A DNA stretch of 63,665 bases, filler included, from Octopus bimaculoides (Eukaryota): NCBI RefSeq assembly GCF_001194135.2. It is 4 parts of 3 records of this genome, joined end to end, with 100 filler letters (N's around TTAATTAATTAA, not from the genome) between each part and the next. Parts side by side here need not be neighbours in the genome. Positions count along the whole stretch, not along the records: positions 34,441 to 62,182 come from NC_068983.1; 3 more parts are not named here. One strand, 5' to 3'. The notes below the pieces were generated by a model. The model was not told the DNA's origin and made no database searches. It was given only the letters and a program-made list of their open reading frames with translations. The translations under genes were made by a program, and so were the position numbers. Below are positions 35,246-49,958 of the stretch, piece after piece; the stretch's first letter is position 1, and every line of letters begins with the position of its first letter.

Positions 35246-35947
35246 ACTGTTAGTTTTGTGCGGAAAATGGTGAGGGCAAAAGAAAAACAACGAGATAAAA
35301 AATGTCTTTACAAAGTTGTATGTACCTCGAGTAACTTCTTCAAATGAAATTGATATCAGGAAGTAATATATCATTTCAAACAGCCAATAGCCCTGTCGAT
35401 TGTTTATAGTACAACACACTTCATCACTGCATTGTCTGTGACTTATAGATTTAGCTCTCAAAGTTTGAGTACACCTAGCTCTACGTTGTTGCTTAGTACC
35501 AGGTCATTCCTACCAGACTAGATCTAATATCAAAGGATTTCAAGCCATGATCCTCAAATATTATGAAACTGTTCAACAATTCGCTGTCTTTCTTTTTTTT
35601 CTTTTCATCTTGGACTGTATTGTCCAGTATATTTTATCGCTTTCAACTCAGTATTGTTATATTTCAATGATATTTTTAATATTTATGAAGGATACAAAGA
35701 GTAGAGAGAGAACCGAGAAGGTAATATTTTTTGAGCGAAATTCTTTGTGATATATAATTTTACCGTCCCAGCCATAGTAGTTGCCCATTCAGTGTTTGAG
35801 AGGACATGGCTTTCCAGAGTCAATTTATTTTAACGGTGTCACTCAATACACATACGGTTTTATCTGCACATCATTTCCTCTCGGTGTTTCTCTTTTGCCA
35901 TTTTATTTATCTCACAGAATCAATACTCGTTGTCGTCGTCCTCGTTT

Positions 35948-35992
<45 letters not shown>

Positions 35993-36703
35993 CTCATCTT
36001 CAATGGCAACATAAATGATATTTCTGACGTTGATTAGATTATGTGTAGCACATTGTGTCTATTGATTATTTCTTAGCTATGAATATTAAAAAAATAAAAA
36101 AGCGAAAAATAACTAAGTGAGGCTGTGTATATGCAGGTATGAAAATTCTGCTTCATGTATACATATATGTAGCTGTGTATGCATGCATTTATGTATGTAT
36201 GCATGGATGGATGTACGCATGCGTGTACATATGTATTAGCTATGCGTATATGTGAGAGAAAGAGAAAAAGAAAGAGAGAGAGTGAGAGAGATGCAGTGGA
36301 GGTGGAAGAATGAAAAGGAAAAAGAACGTTATATGTGTAACGTAGCAAATTGTTATATTAACCTGCTACCCTAATAATATTACATTGACCTGTATACATC
36401 AAAGCAGGTCGAGACGATTAAATGTTGACCTACTGACTAAACGATCAACTGTTTGTCTACAGCACTTTGTAGAGAACTAAACCATTTAAATCTCACAGGT
36501 CTAGCTCTAGGAACAATAAGTAGTTACTATGCAGAAGTACAGCGTACTGCTATAAGAGATTGAAATAATGCATGGTTGACGACTGTCTCATTACCTTTAT
36601 TTCTTAGAAACCCACAAGAGAGATCTTATGCGGCCGCCATATCGCATTCACATCTTATCCAACAGACTTCAAAAAGAAATTAAATTCATTGAATACTGTA
36701 GAC

Positions 36704-37013
36704 CAGTGGTTCCCAAAATGGGCGGTATTTCTCCCTTTTGGGCGGTGGAAAGTTCCAAAAGGGCTTTGAAGAAAAGTGGGGCGTTAATGGGGTAGCGATT
36801 CATATAAAAAGCGAGGTGATAATGGGATAGCGATTCTTGTAAAAAACAACAAAATAATGAGTTCATTAGGTTAAGTTTTATTTGTGAAATACAGTTGCTT
36901 TGAATTTGCTTCAGAAAGAAGTCCATGATGTGATGGTTAGTTGGAGTGGGGACGCTAGGAATGTGACCTGGGTGTCAAGGGAGCGGCAGCCCGGAAAAGT
37001 TTGGGAACCGCTG
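36704..37013. mobile_element. hAT-family MITE, 310 bp
   Basis: TIRs CAGTGGTTCCCAAA / TTTGGGAACCGCTG; 8-bp TSD CTGTAGAC / ATGTAGAC (7/8 match). Confidence 0.85.
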
Positions 37014-37029
37014 ATGTAGACCTACACAT

Positions 37030-37950
37030 GTATCTGGACGACAGAAATGGGACGGAAAAAGATGGAATGGCCATGTTGGGATAAATTTGATCAAACCTCT
37101 GGACCTCAATTAACAACAGCAATAACCTGAAATATTTCAAGCCAGAATGAGAGCCTGGTGGAAGGAAAAATCCCATTGTAACTGTTGAGGAACTAGCACA
37201 GAATCTTGCATTTGGTCATTCAACCATTAATAGACACCTTGCGTGCCATAGAAAAACTCAGTAACTTGGGTCAATGGGTTCCTCACAAACTTTCCTTGTT
37301 CTGAACCGAATAGTGACTGGTGATGAGAAATGGGTTTCTATAAAAATATCAAGCGCCAAAGAAAGTGGGTTGGGAAAGAAGAAAGAAGATCTTTACCCAC
37401 GTAAGGTGTTATCTGTTTGGTGGAATATGTATGGTTTAGTCCACTTTGAACATTTAAACCCAAACCAAACGATAACAAAGGAGATCTGCTGTGAACAGCT
37501 TGAGCGGCTTAAGTCAGCGCTAGAACAAAACAACTATCTTTGGTTTCAAGACGAAAGGTGATCTTCCATTTGGGATAATGCTCGGCTACATACAGCGAGA
37601 ATGACATTCCAAAGGCTGGAGCAGTTTTAATGGGAAACAGTTCCCTCCCCCACCATATTTCACAGACATTTCCCTATCTGACTATCATTTATTCTGCTAT
37701 CTTCAAAATCATTTGGACAGAAAAAATATGAATTCTGTAGATGAGGTCAGAACAGTAATGGAGGAATATTTTTCGCCACGGACAAGTGAAATTTGGAAGA
37801 GGCGCCTTGCAAGTCTACTAGGTAGATAGAAGAGCATTGTAGAGAATGAAGGAGAGTATATTTTAGATTAGAAAAAGAACTTTGTTTATCTAAAATTTGA
37901 AAAATAAAAGAAGTATAAAAAAACCGCTTTATTTATGGGATGACCCAATA
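37030..37950 (+). pseudogene. Decayed mariner (D,D34D-type) transposase with 3' TIR; 5' end missing
   Basis: GQWVPHKL, RIVTGDEKW, KV.SVWW, DNARLHTA, PPYF.D.S.SDYHLF; terminal TTTATGGGATGACCCAATA; frameshifts and stops. Confidence 0.9.
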
Positions 37951-38431
37951 ACTATCAAAGTCCTGTCGCAGCAGCTTTTACGTTCAAAAATTGTTTATGG
38001 TGGACTTCTATGTCCTTGATCTTCCACGCGGAATTCGTGAAATTCAACCAGGAAGAAATTGGAGATTTGTTTTCATTTATAATTGCTTTTGTTAAGTATA
38101 ATTGTTTATTGATTACTAGAATAATTATTTTTGTATGTCAGAAAATTCTTAAAGTAGAAAATTCGAACTGTTAACAATGATTAGTAACTACAAGAACGAT
38201 AAATTAATTGTAATGAATTAATATGTGCCCGATTGTACATGCATGTACGCATACAATCTTACACATGCATACCTTCATAGATACAAACATACATACATAC
38301 ATACATACATACGCACATACGTACGCAAATGTAAATACCTGTGATATACCTTCGTTAAGGAGTTATTGTGCGAATAATGACAAAGGACTGGGCTATCGAA
38401 AACAGAAATCTGTTATGCACACACTCAATGA

Positions 38432-38443
38432 TAATAATAATGT

Positions 38444-38507
<64 letters not shown>
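38432..38507. repeat. (GAT)n microsatellite
   Basis: Directly visible. Confidence 0.95.
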
Positions 38508-38799
38508 CAGCTATACATCAGATATGTATTAATACTCATAGTTTTGTAGCAACATATATTTCAGGTGTCGGTGGTTGTAATATATATTCAATAAAGCAAA
38601 GATTTCTTGAAAGCTGGCTATATACAGAGGCAGATAACGAAAAATTACATTTTTATTCTCCATTTGAGTTTTTGTTTTCCTTTTTAGAATAATAGATTTA
38701 AATTTTTCTTTCCATTCTTTATCGAGAGTTGTCTGTTCATCGAATGCTACCATATATGTGTTGCATCATATTTCATTTTGATGCTAAGTCACAATAATG

Positions 38800-38873
38800 T
38801 AGCAGCAGCAGTGGCAGGAGAAGCAGAAGCAGCAGAAGCAGCAGAAGCAGCAGAAGCAGCAGCTGCAGCAGCT

Positions 38874-38904
<31 letters not shown>

Positions 38905-38935
38905 TAATAGTAGTAGCAGCAGCAGTAGTAGTAGA
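38800..38935. repeat. (GCA)/(GCAGAAGCA)/(GTA) compound repeat
   Basis: Directly visible. Confidence 0.9.
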
Positions 38936-39577
38936 AATTAAAATACTGTAAACCATTTAACCATCGCTAGATACTGTCTGTTCTACTATTACAACAATGT
39001 AAATATTGATTTCTTTAATTGATATGACGCTACTAGCGACTAGCCGAATAATATGGTATATTACGACGTTAGTGTATTACTGGTACTCAGTGATGCTCTT
39101 GGCGAATGAAATTTGAAATTAAACATGCCTTTATTAAATGCATTAGGCATGTAGTCATGTGCGATACTGTATTTATGCCACACTTCTCAGCCTGGAAATC
39201 CCAATCTACGATTTAGTGTCACGTAGCAAATATATATATNNNNNNNNNNNNNNNNNNNNNNNNNNNNNNNNNNNNNNNNNNNNNNNNNNNNNNNNNNNNN
39301 NNNNNNNNNNNNNNNNNNNNNNNNNNNNNNNNNNNNNNNNNNNNNNNNNNNNNNNNNNNNNNNNNNNNNNNNNNNNNNNNNNNNNNNNNNNNNNNNNNNN
39401 NNNNNNNNNNNNNNNNNNNNNNNNNNNNNNNNNNNNNNNNNNNNNNNNNNNNNNNNNNNNNNNNNNNNNNNNNNNNNNNNNNNNNNNNNNNNNNNNNNNN
39501 NNNNNNNNNNNNNNNNNNNNNNNNNNNNNNNNNNNNNNNNNNNNNNNNNNNNNNNNNNNNNNNNNNNNNNNNNNNNN

Positions 39578-39614
<37 letters not shown>

Positions 39615-41313
39615 TTATGTATATTTATGTACATGTATGTATGTGTAAAAGTGTGTGTATCTGTATGCATTTATATTGATAACTTAACCTTATGAACTTT
39701 CTACACCCAAGTACCTTAATCTTATCTACCAAATACTTCAGTTCACTGAAGGGATGGAAGTAAAGTGGGATACTATGAGCTCTTGGCTAAAACACCTGTA
39801 ATAAACTATTCTATCTTCTATGTTCTACGTTATATATTCTAATAATTACTGGTATTTTTATATATGTGAAGCGTAATATGTTATACATGTATTGTTATAA
39901 TTGTTTTTGTTTTTGATAAATAAATAAACATAATATAATGTCTAAAAGTTGATGAATACCACCTCTTGGTCCCCTCCATTTTCTTATTGCCGTATATATA
40001 TATATATATATNNNNNNNNNNNNNNNNNNNNNNNNNNNNNNNNNNNNNNNNNNNNNNNNNNNNNNNNNNNNNNNNNNNNNNNNNNNNNNNNNNNNNNNNN
40101 NNNNNNNNNNNNNNNNNNNNNNNNNNNNNNNNNNNNNNNNNNNNNNNNNNNNNNNNNNNNNNNNNNNNNNNNNNNNNNNNNNNNNNNNNNNNNNNNNNNN
40201 NNNNNNNNNNNNNNNNNNNNNNNNNNNNNNNNNNNNNNNNNNNNNNNNNNNNNNNNNNNNNNNNNNNNNNNNNNNNNNNNNNNNNNNNNNNNNNNNNNNN
40301 NNNNNNNNNNNNNNNNNNNNNNNNNNNNNNNNNNNNNNNNNNNNNNNNNNNNNNNNNNNNNNNNNNNNNNNNNNNNNNNNNNNNNNNNNNNNNNNNNNNN
40401 NNNNNNNNNNNNNNNNNNNNNNNNNNNNNNNNNNNNNNNNNNNNNNNNNNNNNNNNNNNNNNNNNNNNNNNNNNNNNNNNNNNNNNNNNNNNNNNNNNNN
40501 NNNNNNNNNNNNNNNNNNNNNNNNNNNNNNNNNNNNNNNNNNNNNNNNNNNNNNNNNNNNNNNNNNNNNNNNNNNNNNNNNNNNNNNNNNNNNNNNNNNN
40601 NNNNNNNNNNNNNNNNNNNNNNNNNNNNNNNNNNNNNNNNNNNNNNNNNNNNNNNNNNNNNNNNNNNNNNNTATATATATATACATGTATACGACGGGCT
40701 TCTCTCAGTTTCAGCGCAAGCGCCTCGAGCACGGCTTCTAGTTTTAAACTTTCAAATATTTTACCAACAGTGTGGTTTATTCTATCAGACTAAGGAATAA
40801 GTTAGACAAAGCAAGATTGGCTTAGTCTGACTTTCTCCTTGCACTCATTTTCTCTCTCCCTCCCACCGCCACTTTTGCACCTTGTTACTGCTCCAGTTCT
40901 TCCAGTTGGGCTATTCTCTCGTTCCTTCGTAACAAGAAATTTGTTTTAATGACAGGCCTCAATTTCTCTCTTTGTTATTCAGGTAGAATTTTAACAGAAG
41001 TCTTAATTTCTATACTCATTAATGCTAGTAACACCATCATTGACCATTAAGAACATTGTACACGCAAACGGATTTATACTTTACACTTATGGCTACACCG
41101 GTGACTAATGAGGCTAGGTGAAGGTAGAGAGACAAACAGGCAAAAGCTATAAATGTGGTCGAGAGAGAATGCAAATTATACACTGAATAATACAAATTAT
41201 ACTTAATGCTTCTGATTCTTTATTCTCATATCGATTATCAACATTATGTTCTGAAGACACGACAGCTTTGGTTCTTATTAAATATATCTATGAGCTATCG
41301 GTAGAGACAGTAT

Positions 41314-41364
<51 letters not shown>

Positions 41365-42049
41365 TAGTAAGAGCATCAAACCCTCTATGAAACCGAACTT
41401 CTCTGCCTGAAAATCTCTGAAGCATACACTGAATAATACTTTTTACAGAATACACTATCCCTGGGAAAACTGGGCTATTGTAGACTCGATATGTTTGAAA
41501 ATAGATTGGTTGGAGTCAACCTTAGGCTAATCAATTTTAGTAGTGATAAACTTACGTTTCATAATCATTTAGCCTTATAAGTATGTTTAGATGAAACGTT
41601 GTATAAAGCATTTACATAGCCCAATAGAAAGTCCTCTACATTGTTTCTCAGATTGCTAGTTTATCAGCGTTATCACATTGAGATCGTAGATGTCTGTTTT
41701 AAAGAAGTTGGATTTTGGATAATGCTGTTCGAATTAACTATAAACGAGAGGAAAAATGTCTCGGATGTTAGAGCTGGTTATGTATATTCATGATCAGACA
41801 CGATCTCGGAGCTGTACATATATAGGTGTTACGATTAATCCATATAGATGTGTAGAATGAAAAATCTTATGAAGGTGGTTCTGTTAAGAGTAACGTTTTT
41901 TTCTTTTTTTTTCTTGCTTATCTCTTTATATGAATATCAGAAAGGAGATTAGTCAATGTTAATTGTTTCTAAAAGAGCCAAAAGGACATAAAGTTGCAAA
42001 AAGGTAGTTGACTAATGCGATACGAGTTTTTGACTAGTGCTTTATTATT

Positions 42050-42200
42050 ACTATTATTATTTTTTCTTTGACCCGGGAAAAATAAAAAGTAAAGTTCATC
42101 TCGGTACGATTTGAATTCACAATGTAAATAGCCTGAACAAATGCCGTGAAGTATTTTTTCTAACGCACTAACGATTCTGCAAATCCACCATCTTGATTAG
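42050..42200 (-). mobile_element. Diverged SINE family 3 copy
   Basis: AAAGTTCATCTCGGTACGATTTGAATTCACAATGTAAA...CTAACGATTCTGC matches family 3. Confidence 0.6.
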
Positions 42201-42986
42201 ACAATGATAAGGATATTTCAAATATATTGTTGTAGAAATGTATAGGTTGGCAAATTACTGTCAGAGAAGACGTTGTCTTATTTTTTTCTCTCGCACTTTC
42301 TTTCCTATAAGTCTATGCCAACACTTTCTTACTTTTATAAAATCGAAATTATCTGATATTGATGTCTTTGTATTTCCTGCTGCAGTTTTTTTTTTTTGCA
42401 GAGGCCCACGCAATGCCATAAGTGCAAAACTGCACATTTTCAAATATGCGTACGCGTTCATATATACATACATACACATATACACACATATCTACCGTAG
42501 ATATTAGATATTTCTATGTAGCCAGAAATTATGATTCAACGTTTCAATATATTAGCTAATCAATAGCTCTAAGCATAAATTTTCATTTCAATAGAGCACT
42601 CTCACTGATTTGTTTATGTATAATGAAATCATTCTCAGGATAACTGTGACATATTTGTTCACTTATATATCACTTTATTCACAATACAGGTTCTCGATTG
42701 GCATTTAGTAGTTCGAGCATTTTAGCAATTGTTTTAGCTGTGCATGCAGCTCATAGGCACGTATTTCATTTGTTCCGGCTTTTTTGTTTAATATCGACAA
42801 TTTTTTTGTTGTATAGAAGCAGCTCTACATAAATTACGGAGTTATTTACTCTTGTTTTAAAAAAGTTCTCGATGAGGTATCTGCATTCGGCGACTCGGTA
42901 TGGACAGTAGATATTGTTTCCATATCGCTAGGTGTTTTCGAATATCTCTCTGTTTATATATATATATACATAGATTTATAAAATAT

Positions 42987-43037
<51 letters not shown>

Positions 43038-43041
43038 ACAC

Positions 43042-43110
<69 letters not shown>

Positions 43111-43982
43111 TACATAGATAGATATAGATAGATAGATAGATAGATAGATAGATTTAGAAAATATTAGCTTTTATTAAAACTAAAGATTTTATTACAAGTT
43201 ATTACTTCTATTTGTTATTAATTGTTACTTCTATTAAAGATGAAAAAATAACTTAAAATATTTTTTGCACTTTAAAAAAAATCAGTTTTTTTTTATTTAA
43301 AATTAATAATTAGAAATTTGAATAATAGTAGTACATAATTAGCTAGTACAATAACTAGAATAATGCAAAAATTAGTTATATATTACAGTAAAATCTACGT
43401 ATAACAAAAAATTCACAGTAAAATTTGCTTTAGTTATTGTTTAAGTTATTGCCAAGTCTTCACATTTTTAGTCTTGACTCATTACCTATTTTTTACATAA
43501 TGAATTTGCCTACCATATATATTATTCTACTTTTTATAAAACTTTAGCTATATTGGTACATCTGGTTCTCATTATTTAAGTATTCTAGTGTGTCAATATT
43601 TTAACAAAATGATGGTACATTTGTTAATTATAATGTTACTTCGTAAATTAAAATCAAATAATTTTTTACATTCTAATCTTATCCTACTCTTCAGTAAAGA
43701 TTTTCTTGTTTTATCCTTTACCAGATGTAATAAGCTGCCCTGAGAATATTATTTCTCTTGCTCGCATTTTTCCATGTAATCCATGTTTTTTCCAGGCTAT
43801 GTTATTACACTAATAAATAATGTGTCAACTGTGTCAATTAGCGGTGTCGTTGATATTTTTTTCCTTACATCAATGACGCCGGTGACATCTATTAAAAGTC
43901 CACTTATAGAACTATATTCATAAATAAAGTATAGAACTATATTATCACCCTCAAATTTGTGAAACAAACAACACTTTCTTTT

Positions 43983-44169
43983 ATTCTTTTATTTGTTTCA
44001 ATCATTTGCACCTCCATTTTAGTCGAGCAAATCGACCCCCAGGACTTATTTTTTGTAAGCCTAGTACTTAGCCTATCGGTCTATTCTGCCGAACCGCTAA
44101 TTTACGGGGACGTAAACGCACCAACATCAGTTGTCAAGTGATGGTGAGGGGACAAACACAGACACACAA

Positions 44170-44201
<32 letters not shown>

Positions 44202-44335
44202 ATGTGTGTGTGTGTATATACGACGGGCTTCATTTAGTTCAGTTTTCGCCTACCAAATCCACTCACAAGCCTTTCGTGTAGCCGAGGCTATAGTAGAAGA
44301 CACTTGCTCAAGGTGCCACACAGTGGGACTGAACT
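43983..44335 (-). mobile_element. SINE family 2 copy, head truncated
   Basis: GACACTTGCTCAAGGTGCCACACAGTGGGACTGAAC and the tail segment match family 2. Confidence 0.85.
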
Positions 44336-45556
44336 CCTAACTTCATTGCATGAATCTAAAAACTTGATTGCATGAGATTGATACCATGAAATTCCTCGAA
44401 TTGAGCTCTATTATTTAAGCTNNNNNNNNNNNNNNNNNNNNNNNNNNNNNNNNNNNNNNNNNNNNNNNNNNNNNNNNNNNNNNNNNNNNNNNNNNNNNNN
44501 NNNNNNNNNNNNNNNNNNNNNNNNNNNNNNNNNNNNNNNNNNNNNNNNNNNNNNNNNNNNNNNNNNNNNNNNNNNNNNNNNNNNNNNNNNNNNNNNNNNN
44601 NNNNNNNNNNNNNNNNNNNNNNNNNNNNNNNNNNNNNNNNNNNNNNNNNNNNNNNNNNNNNNNNNNNNNNNNNNNNNNNNNNNNNNNNNNNNNNNNNNNN
44701 NNNNNNNNNNNNNNNNNNNNNNNNNNNNNNNNNNNNNNNNNNNNNNNNNNNNNNNNNNNNNNNNNNNNNNNNNNNNNNNNNNNNNNNNNNNNNNNNNNNN
44801 NNNNNNNNNNNNNNNNNNNNNNNNNNNNNNNNNNNNNNNNNNNNNNNNNNNNNNNNNNNNNNNNNNNNNNNNNNNNNNNNNNNNNNNNNNNNNNNNNNNN
44901 NNNNNNNNNNNNNNNNNNNNNNNNNNNNNNNNNNNNNNNNNNNNNNNNNNNNNNNNNNNNNNNNNNNNNNNNNNNNNNNNNNNNNNNNNNNNNNNNNNNN
45001 NNNNNNNNNNNNNNNNNNNNNNNNNNNNNNNNNNNNNNNNNNNNNNNNNNNNNNNNNNNNNNNNNNNNNNNNNNNNNNNNNNNNNNNNNNNNNNNNNNNN
45101 NNNNNNNNNNNNNNNNNNNNNNNNNNNNNNNNNNNNNNNNNNNNNNNNNNNNNNNNNNNNNNNNNNNNNNNNNNNNNNNNNNNNNNNNNNNNNNNNNNNN
45201 NNNNNNNNNNNNNNNNNNNNNNNNNNNNNNNNNNNNNNNNNNNNNNNNNNNNNNNNNNNNNNNNNNNNNNNTATATATATATAATGTTGTATTTCGGGTT
45301 GACCGGATTTTTTTGCCAAATAAACACACGCACTATATATTTGTTCTTCTCGTTTATTACTCCTTTATTACTGTCCTTATTTTTTTTTTTTTTAACTCAT
45401 GTCCATTGTCCGAAAATCTTTCGTCACGCATTTGTGACCTCTTCAGAGACACTTTTTGTTTTCGTGTGTTCTCTTGCACCATTTACTCCACATACTCCGT
45501 TCTAAGAGATGGAGTAAGTGAAACAAGAACACACACGAAAATGAAAAGCGTCGCAG

Positions 45557-45746
45557 AATAGTAATAAGCTTAAGAAGTTAGATCCTATATATAATGTAAG
45601 TGTATCTAGGTAGTAACTTCTAGATATTAATGAAAATGTGATATAGTACAAAATAAATAAAGTAAATAAAAATAAATATCTATAGCTCACCACCTAGATA
45701 CAGGTACATTATATATAGGATCTAACTTCTTAAACTTATTACTATT
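45557..45746. repeat. 190-bp hairpin (about 70-bp inverted arms), MITE-like
   Basis: AATAGTAATAAG.TTAAGAAGTTAGATCCTATATATAATGTA versus its reverse complement ending at 45746. Confidence 0.8.
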
Positions 45747-46859
45747 TTGTATGCATCCTTCCAAGAAAAATGTTAACCTTAGTTCTATAAGCTTATAATA
45801 ACCCTGAAAATTTCTGCCCATATAGTTAAAAACGATACCATTCTTAGCTTATAACCAAATGCTTAGAATTGCATATCAACTAGGGGCTAGAACTGAAACA
45901 TATGTGTAGGTTTTTATCTCATCTCCCATTTTCTTTTTGAGCTGTACAACTTTTAATTAATTGGTATTGTTCTTTTTAAAATTTCAACATTTTTATACCG
46001 TAGAAATTAATTATTCATACATCCATCTTTCTCCATTTTCTTTCTTTCAATATTGATAATATGTATTACAGCAATAATTCCTAACATATCGCAGAGACCT
46101 TCTCATTATATGATAGTGATTAACCAGTGAAAGTTTTGGGATTATATAATCCCTAATGTGAATCAAACATTCTCGAATTGACTATGTGTGTATGTATNNN
46201 NNNNNNNNNNNNNNNNNNNNNNNNNNNNNNNNNNNNNNNNNNNNNNNNNNNNNNNNNNNNNNNNNNNNNNNNNNNNNNNNNNNNNNNNNNNNNNNNNNNN
46301 NNNNNNNNNNNNNNNNNNNNNNNNNNNNNNNNNNNNNNNNNNNNNNNNNNNNNNNNNNNNNNNNNNNNNNNNNNNNNNNNNNNNNNNNNNNNNNNNNNNN
46401 NNNNNNNNNNNNNNNNNNNNNNNNNNNNNNNNNNNNNNNNNNNNNNNNNNNNNNNNNNNNNNNNNNNNNNNNNNNNNNNNNNNNNNNNNNNNNNNNNNNN
46501 NNNNNNNNNNNNNNNNNNNNNNNNNNNNNNNNNNNNNNNNNNNNNNNNNNNNNNNNNNNNNNNNNNNNNNNNNNNNNNNNNNNNNNNNNNNNNNNNNNNN
46601 NNNNNNNNNNNNNNNNNNNNNNNNNNNNNNNNNNNNNNNNNNNNNNNNNNNNNNNNNNNNNNNNNNNNNNNNNNNNNNNNNNNNNNNNNNNNNNNNNNNN
46701 NNNNNNNNNNNNNNNNNNNNNNNNNNNNNNNNNNNNNNNNNNNNNNNNNNNNNNNNNNNNNNNNNNNNNNNNNNNNNNNNNNNNNNNNNNNNNNNNNNNN
46801 NNNNNNNNNNNNNNNNNNNNNNNNNNNNNNNNNNNNNNNNNNNNNNNNNNNNNNNNNNN

Positions 46860-46975
46860 ACTGGAGCAACGTGAAATGAAGTGTTTTGTTCAAACACACG
46901 ACGCATCATCCGGTTCAGGAATCGAACCACAATCTTACGATCATGAGTTCAAGCCTCTAACCACTAAACCAGGTA
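46860..46975 (-). mobile_element. tRNA-derived SINE head fragment (separate family)
   Basis: Minus strand TGGTTTAGTGGTTAG (A-box) and GGTTCGATTCC (B-box) followed by non-tRNA core sequence. Confidence 0.65.
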
Positions 46976-47707
46976 CCTCCACAATATCCGGTTTGCTATA
47001 CTTACATTTGACTTAGAAGTTTTGACGGGAATACTCCACCAATATTCTTTGTTGTGATATTTGTGTAAGAATTCAACAAGAGAAGGGGGTTCTCTATATT
47101 TATTCCAGGTCAGTCTTGATTTTAATGGCATTGTATATTGTGTTGTATACGATGGTAATGTCTTGATGACATATTTCAGCAGCTGCAAATCACGTGTGAT
47201 GTTTTTCCCAGAAACGCGACATAATCTACATTTTTTGCTGAATCCTGGGGCGCCAAAGGCTTCATTTTCTCTTTTGATAACAAGGTATTTCGAAGCAATC
47301 CTATATTCTTGGATTGAAAATGCATAGTCCTTTGAAATGTGATGTGATCTAACGCTAATGAGTCCAAGATAAACTGCACGTCATGTCGATATTGTGTATG
47401 TATGTACATGGGCCCAGAAACAGGATCGCTTTCACTCCCTAAAATTTTTGTGGAGTGCAAAATCATAATTTGCACCATTACTTACTTTTCGCAGGTTGAG
47501 AAAACAGTAAAAGGTGATCTGTAAAAAGTACCTTGAATTAGGTTTCTTCTTAAAGAACATAGATAAATAAAACAAAAAAACATGATCTTGTTTGTAAAAC
47601 TTTTTGGGATCTGGGTTTGCACCCCATCAGCAAATTTCGTTCCCGAGCCATTGTGTATGTGTGTGTGTATGTATGTATGTATGTATGTATGTATGTATGT
47701 ATGTATG

Positions 47708-47900
47708 TGGGAGAATATACGAAAAAACAACAACAGACGAGGACAGGTGGTGTAAATAACAAAAGGATGTATTAGTATGACGCTCGGGAATACGGAAAGT
47801 CTTTGATGTTTCGAGCTACGCTCTTCAACAGAAAGAATACGGAGACAAGGAGAAAAACACGGAGAAAAAAATTGAATAGTGTCCAGTCAACGGTCAAATG
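47708..47900 (-). mobile_element. PLE-like terminal repeat with minimal hammerhead-like motif (47800-47836)
   Basis: Minus strand: TCTTT CTGTTGA A GAGC GTA GCTC GAAAC ATC AAAGA. Confidence 0.65.
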
Positions 47901-48022
47901 TATGTATGTATGTATGTATGTATGTATGTNNNNNNNNNNNNNNNNNNNNNNNNNNNNNNNNNNNNNNNNNNNNNNNNNNNNNNNNNNNNNNNNNNNNNNN
48001 NNNNNNNNNNNNNNNNNNNNNN

Positions 48023-48175
48023 ATGCTAGCATGGGTTGGACGATTTGACTGAGGACTGGTGAAACCGGATGGCAACACCAGGCTCCAATCTAATTTGGCA
48101 GAGTTTCTACAGCTGGATGCCCTTCCTAACGCCAACCACTCAGAGAGTGTAGTGGGTGCTTTTACGTGTCACCCG
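48023..48175 (-). mobile_element. SINE central/3' fragment (GGAAGGGCATCCAGCTGTAGAAAC motif)
   Basis: Recognisable SINE-type conserved motif; related to 1310-1415. Confidence 0.6.
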
Positions 48176-49958
48176 ATATATGTATATATAACAAATAATA
48201 AATGAGTATATGCATATATATGTACAGGTATGTGCATACCTACGTCTACCTGTATATATAGGTGCATATCTGGGTACAGGACATTGCAAACAAAACGTAG
48301 ACAAGAAAATAATAATAACCAGAGTACAGAAAACACACAAGCCACATAGAGAACATTTTCCTTCATCGGCTACCCCCGTTTTGAGAGAAAGAAACAGATT
48401 AAAAGAGAGGAAATAAGGTTATGCAGAATCCTATATAAAACAAATGGCTGACTTAGCGAAAAATGAAAATGTGAATGACATTTATAAATATAAAGATAAA
48501 AATATCGATATAAAACAATTGTAACCAATAATTAATAAATCTGAGTAGAGAGGTAAAATATATCTACTCAGCATATTCCTCAATTGTCAAAACAAAACCC
48601 ATCAGGTGAATTTTCCTCAACGTTTTAGTGTATATACTACACTCTCTCTCTCTCTCTCTCTCTCTTCACTTTTCTTTGATAACCAATATTTGCTTTATAT
48701 TTCTCCCAGTACCTGTCACGTATAAAATTATTCTTTCTTTAAAGCCTCGTCGATCAAGGAAGACCACATACCTGCACTTAGTTCCTCACCAGTACGACTC
48801 GCTGTAAATCCATAGCGTTAAATTGTAAATACATCTTGGAAAATTACATCCTCCGAGATCATTGCCTGAGATTTCATGGCGTAAATTTATCGCCTGTTGA
48901 TTTCATCGCGGTAAATTCATCGATTAGTAAGATTTTACCGCGTTTTATTCGTCGCCCAATAATTTTATCACTTAGTAATTATGTCACAAGTCAAGCCATT
49001 GTCGGGAAATTTATTATCATATAGTTTAAAATTGGTCGCATTTTTACACTTACAAGAAAATAAAGAAATCCCGTCTACTTCATTCATTGTATTGTCTGTT
49101 AATATTTACGCTTTTCCTGATATTGCAATAGAAGATTCAAATCTACCTATTTTGTCTGGCAGCTTAACAAGTTTTGTAAAACTTACATTCATCTGAATGG
49201 CTTTTAATATAAGTGAACGAACTAATAAAACTTTCATTGCTATTGGTTATTGCGCCAGAGAAAGAAAACTGATATATGTATACAGAAATGTGATCAATAT
49301 CATATAACAATAATAGACTTCACCTTGTCAAACGTCTCGAAGAACAATCGTGTCAGCAATGTTGCTTGAGTTAAAGCTGTGAAACAGTTCAGTTTAAGAA
49401 TTGCATACGATTCAAGGAACGGTTGTATCGTAGCCACGTTGCATTGTGCGAAACAACTGTATCTCAGTTGCCTGCGACGCCTTTATGAAGGGGAGCATCG
49501 AGGTTTGACAACACAGGATTCTCCAACCTAGAATATTTTCTCCAGCTTAGGATACTTCTTGAATATAGAGTCATTCTTTTTGCCTTTAACTCTGATATCG
49601 GAATAACGGGATTTATTTTATTATAATCTCATATTAGACATCAGTTTTTTCCAATGAGATATTTAGAAATGAAGATAAGACTTTCAACATAGCTCCATAC
49701 TTATTCCGTTAGCGTTACACCGGTACATTGTATCATGAATGATACCGTTTTATCTTTTACCTATACAGTAATGGTTTCTGATTTAAGCACAAGACTAATG
49801 ATTTCTTGGGAAAAGGAAATAGTCGATTCCATCAACTCCGGTACCTGGCTGGTACTTTATCAACCACGAAAAGAGGAAAAGTTGACCTCAACAGCATTTG
49901 AACTCCGAGTGGTAAGAACAGAAAGAAATACCGCTAAGTATTATTTATTTATTTATAT

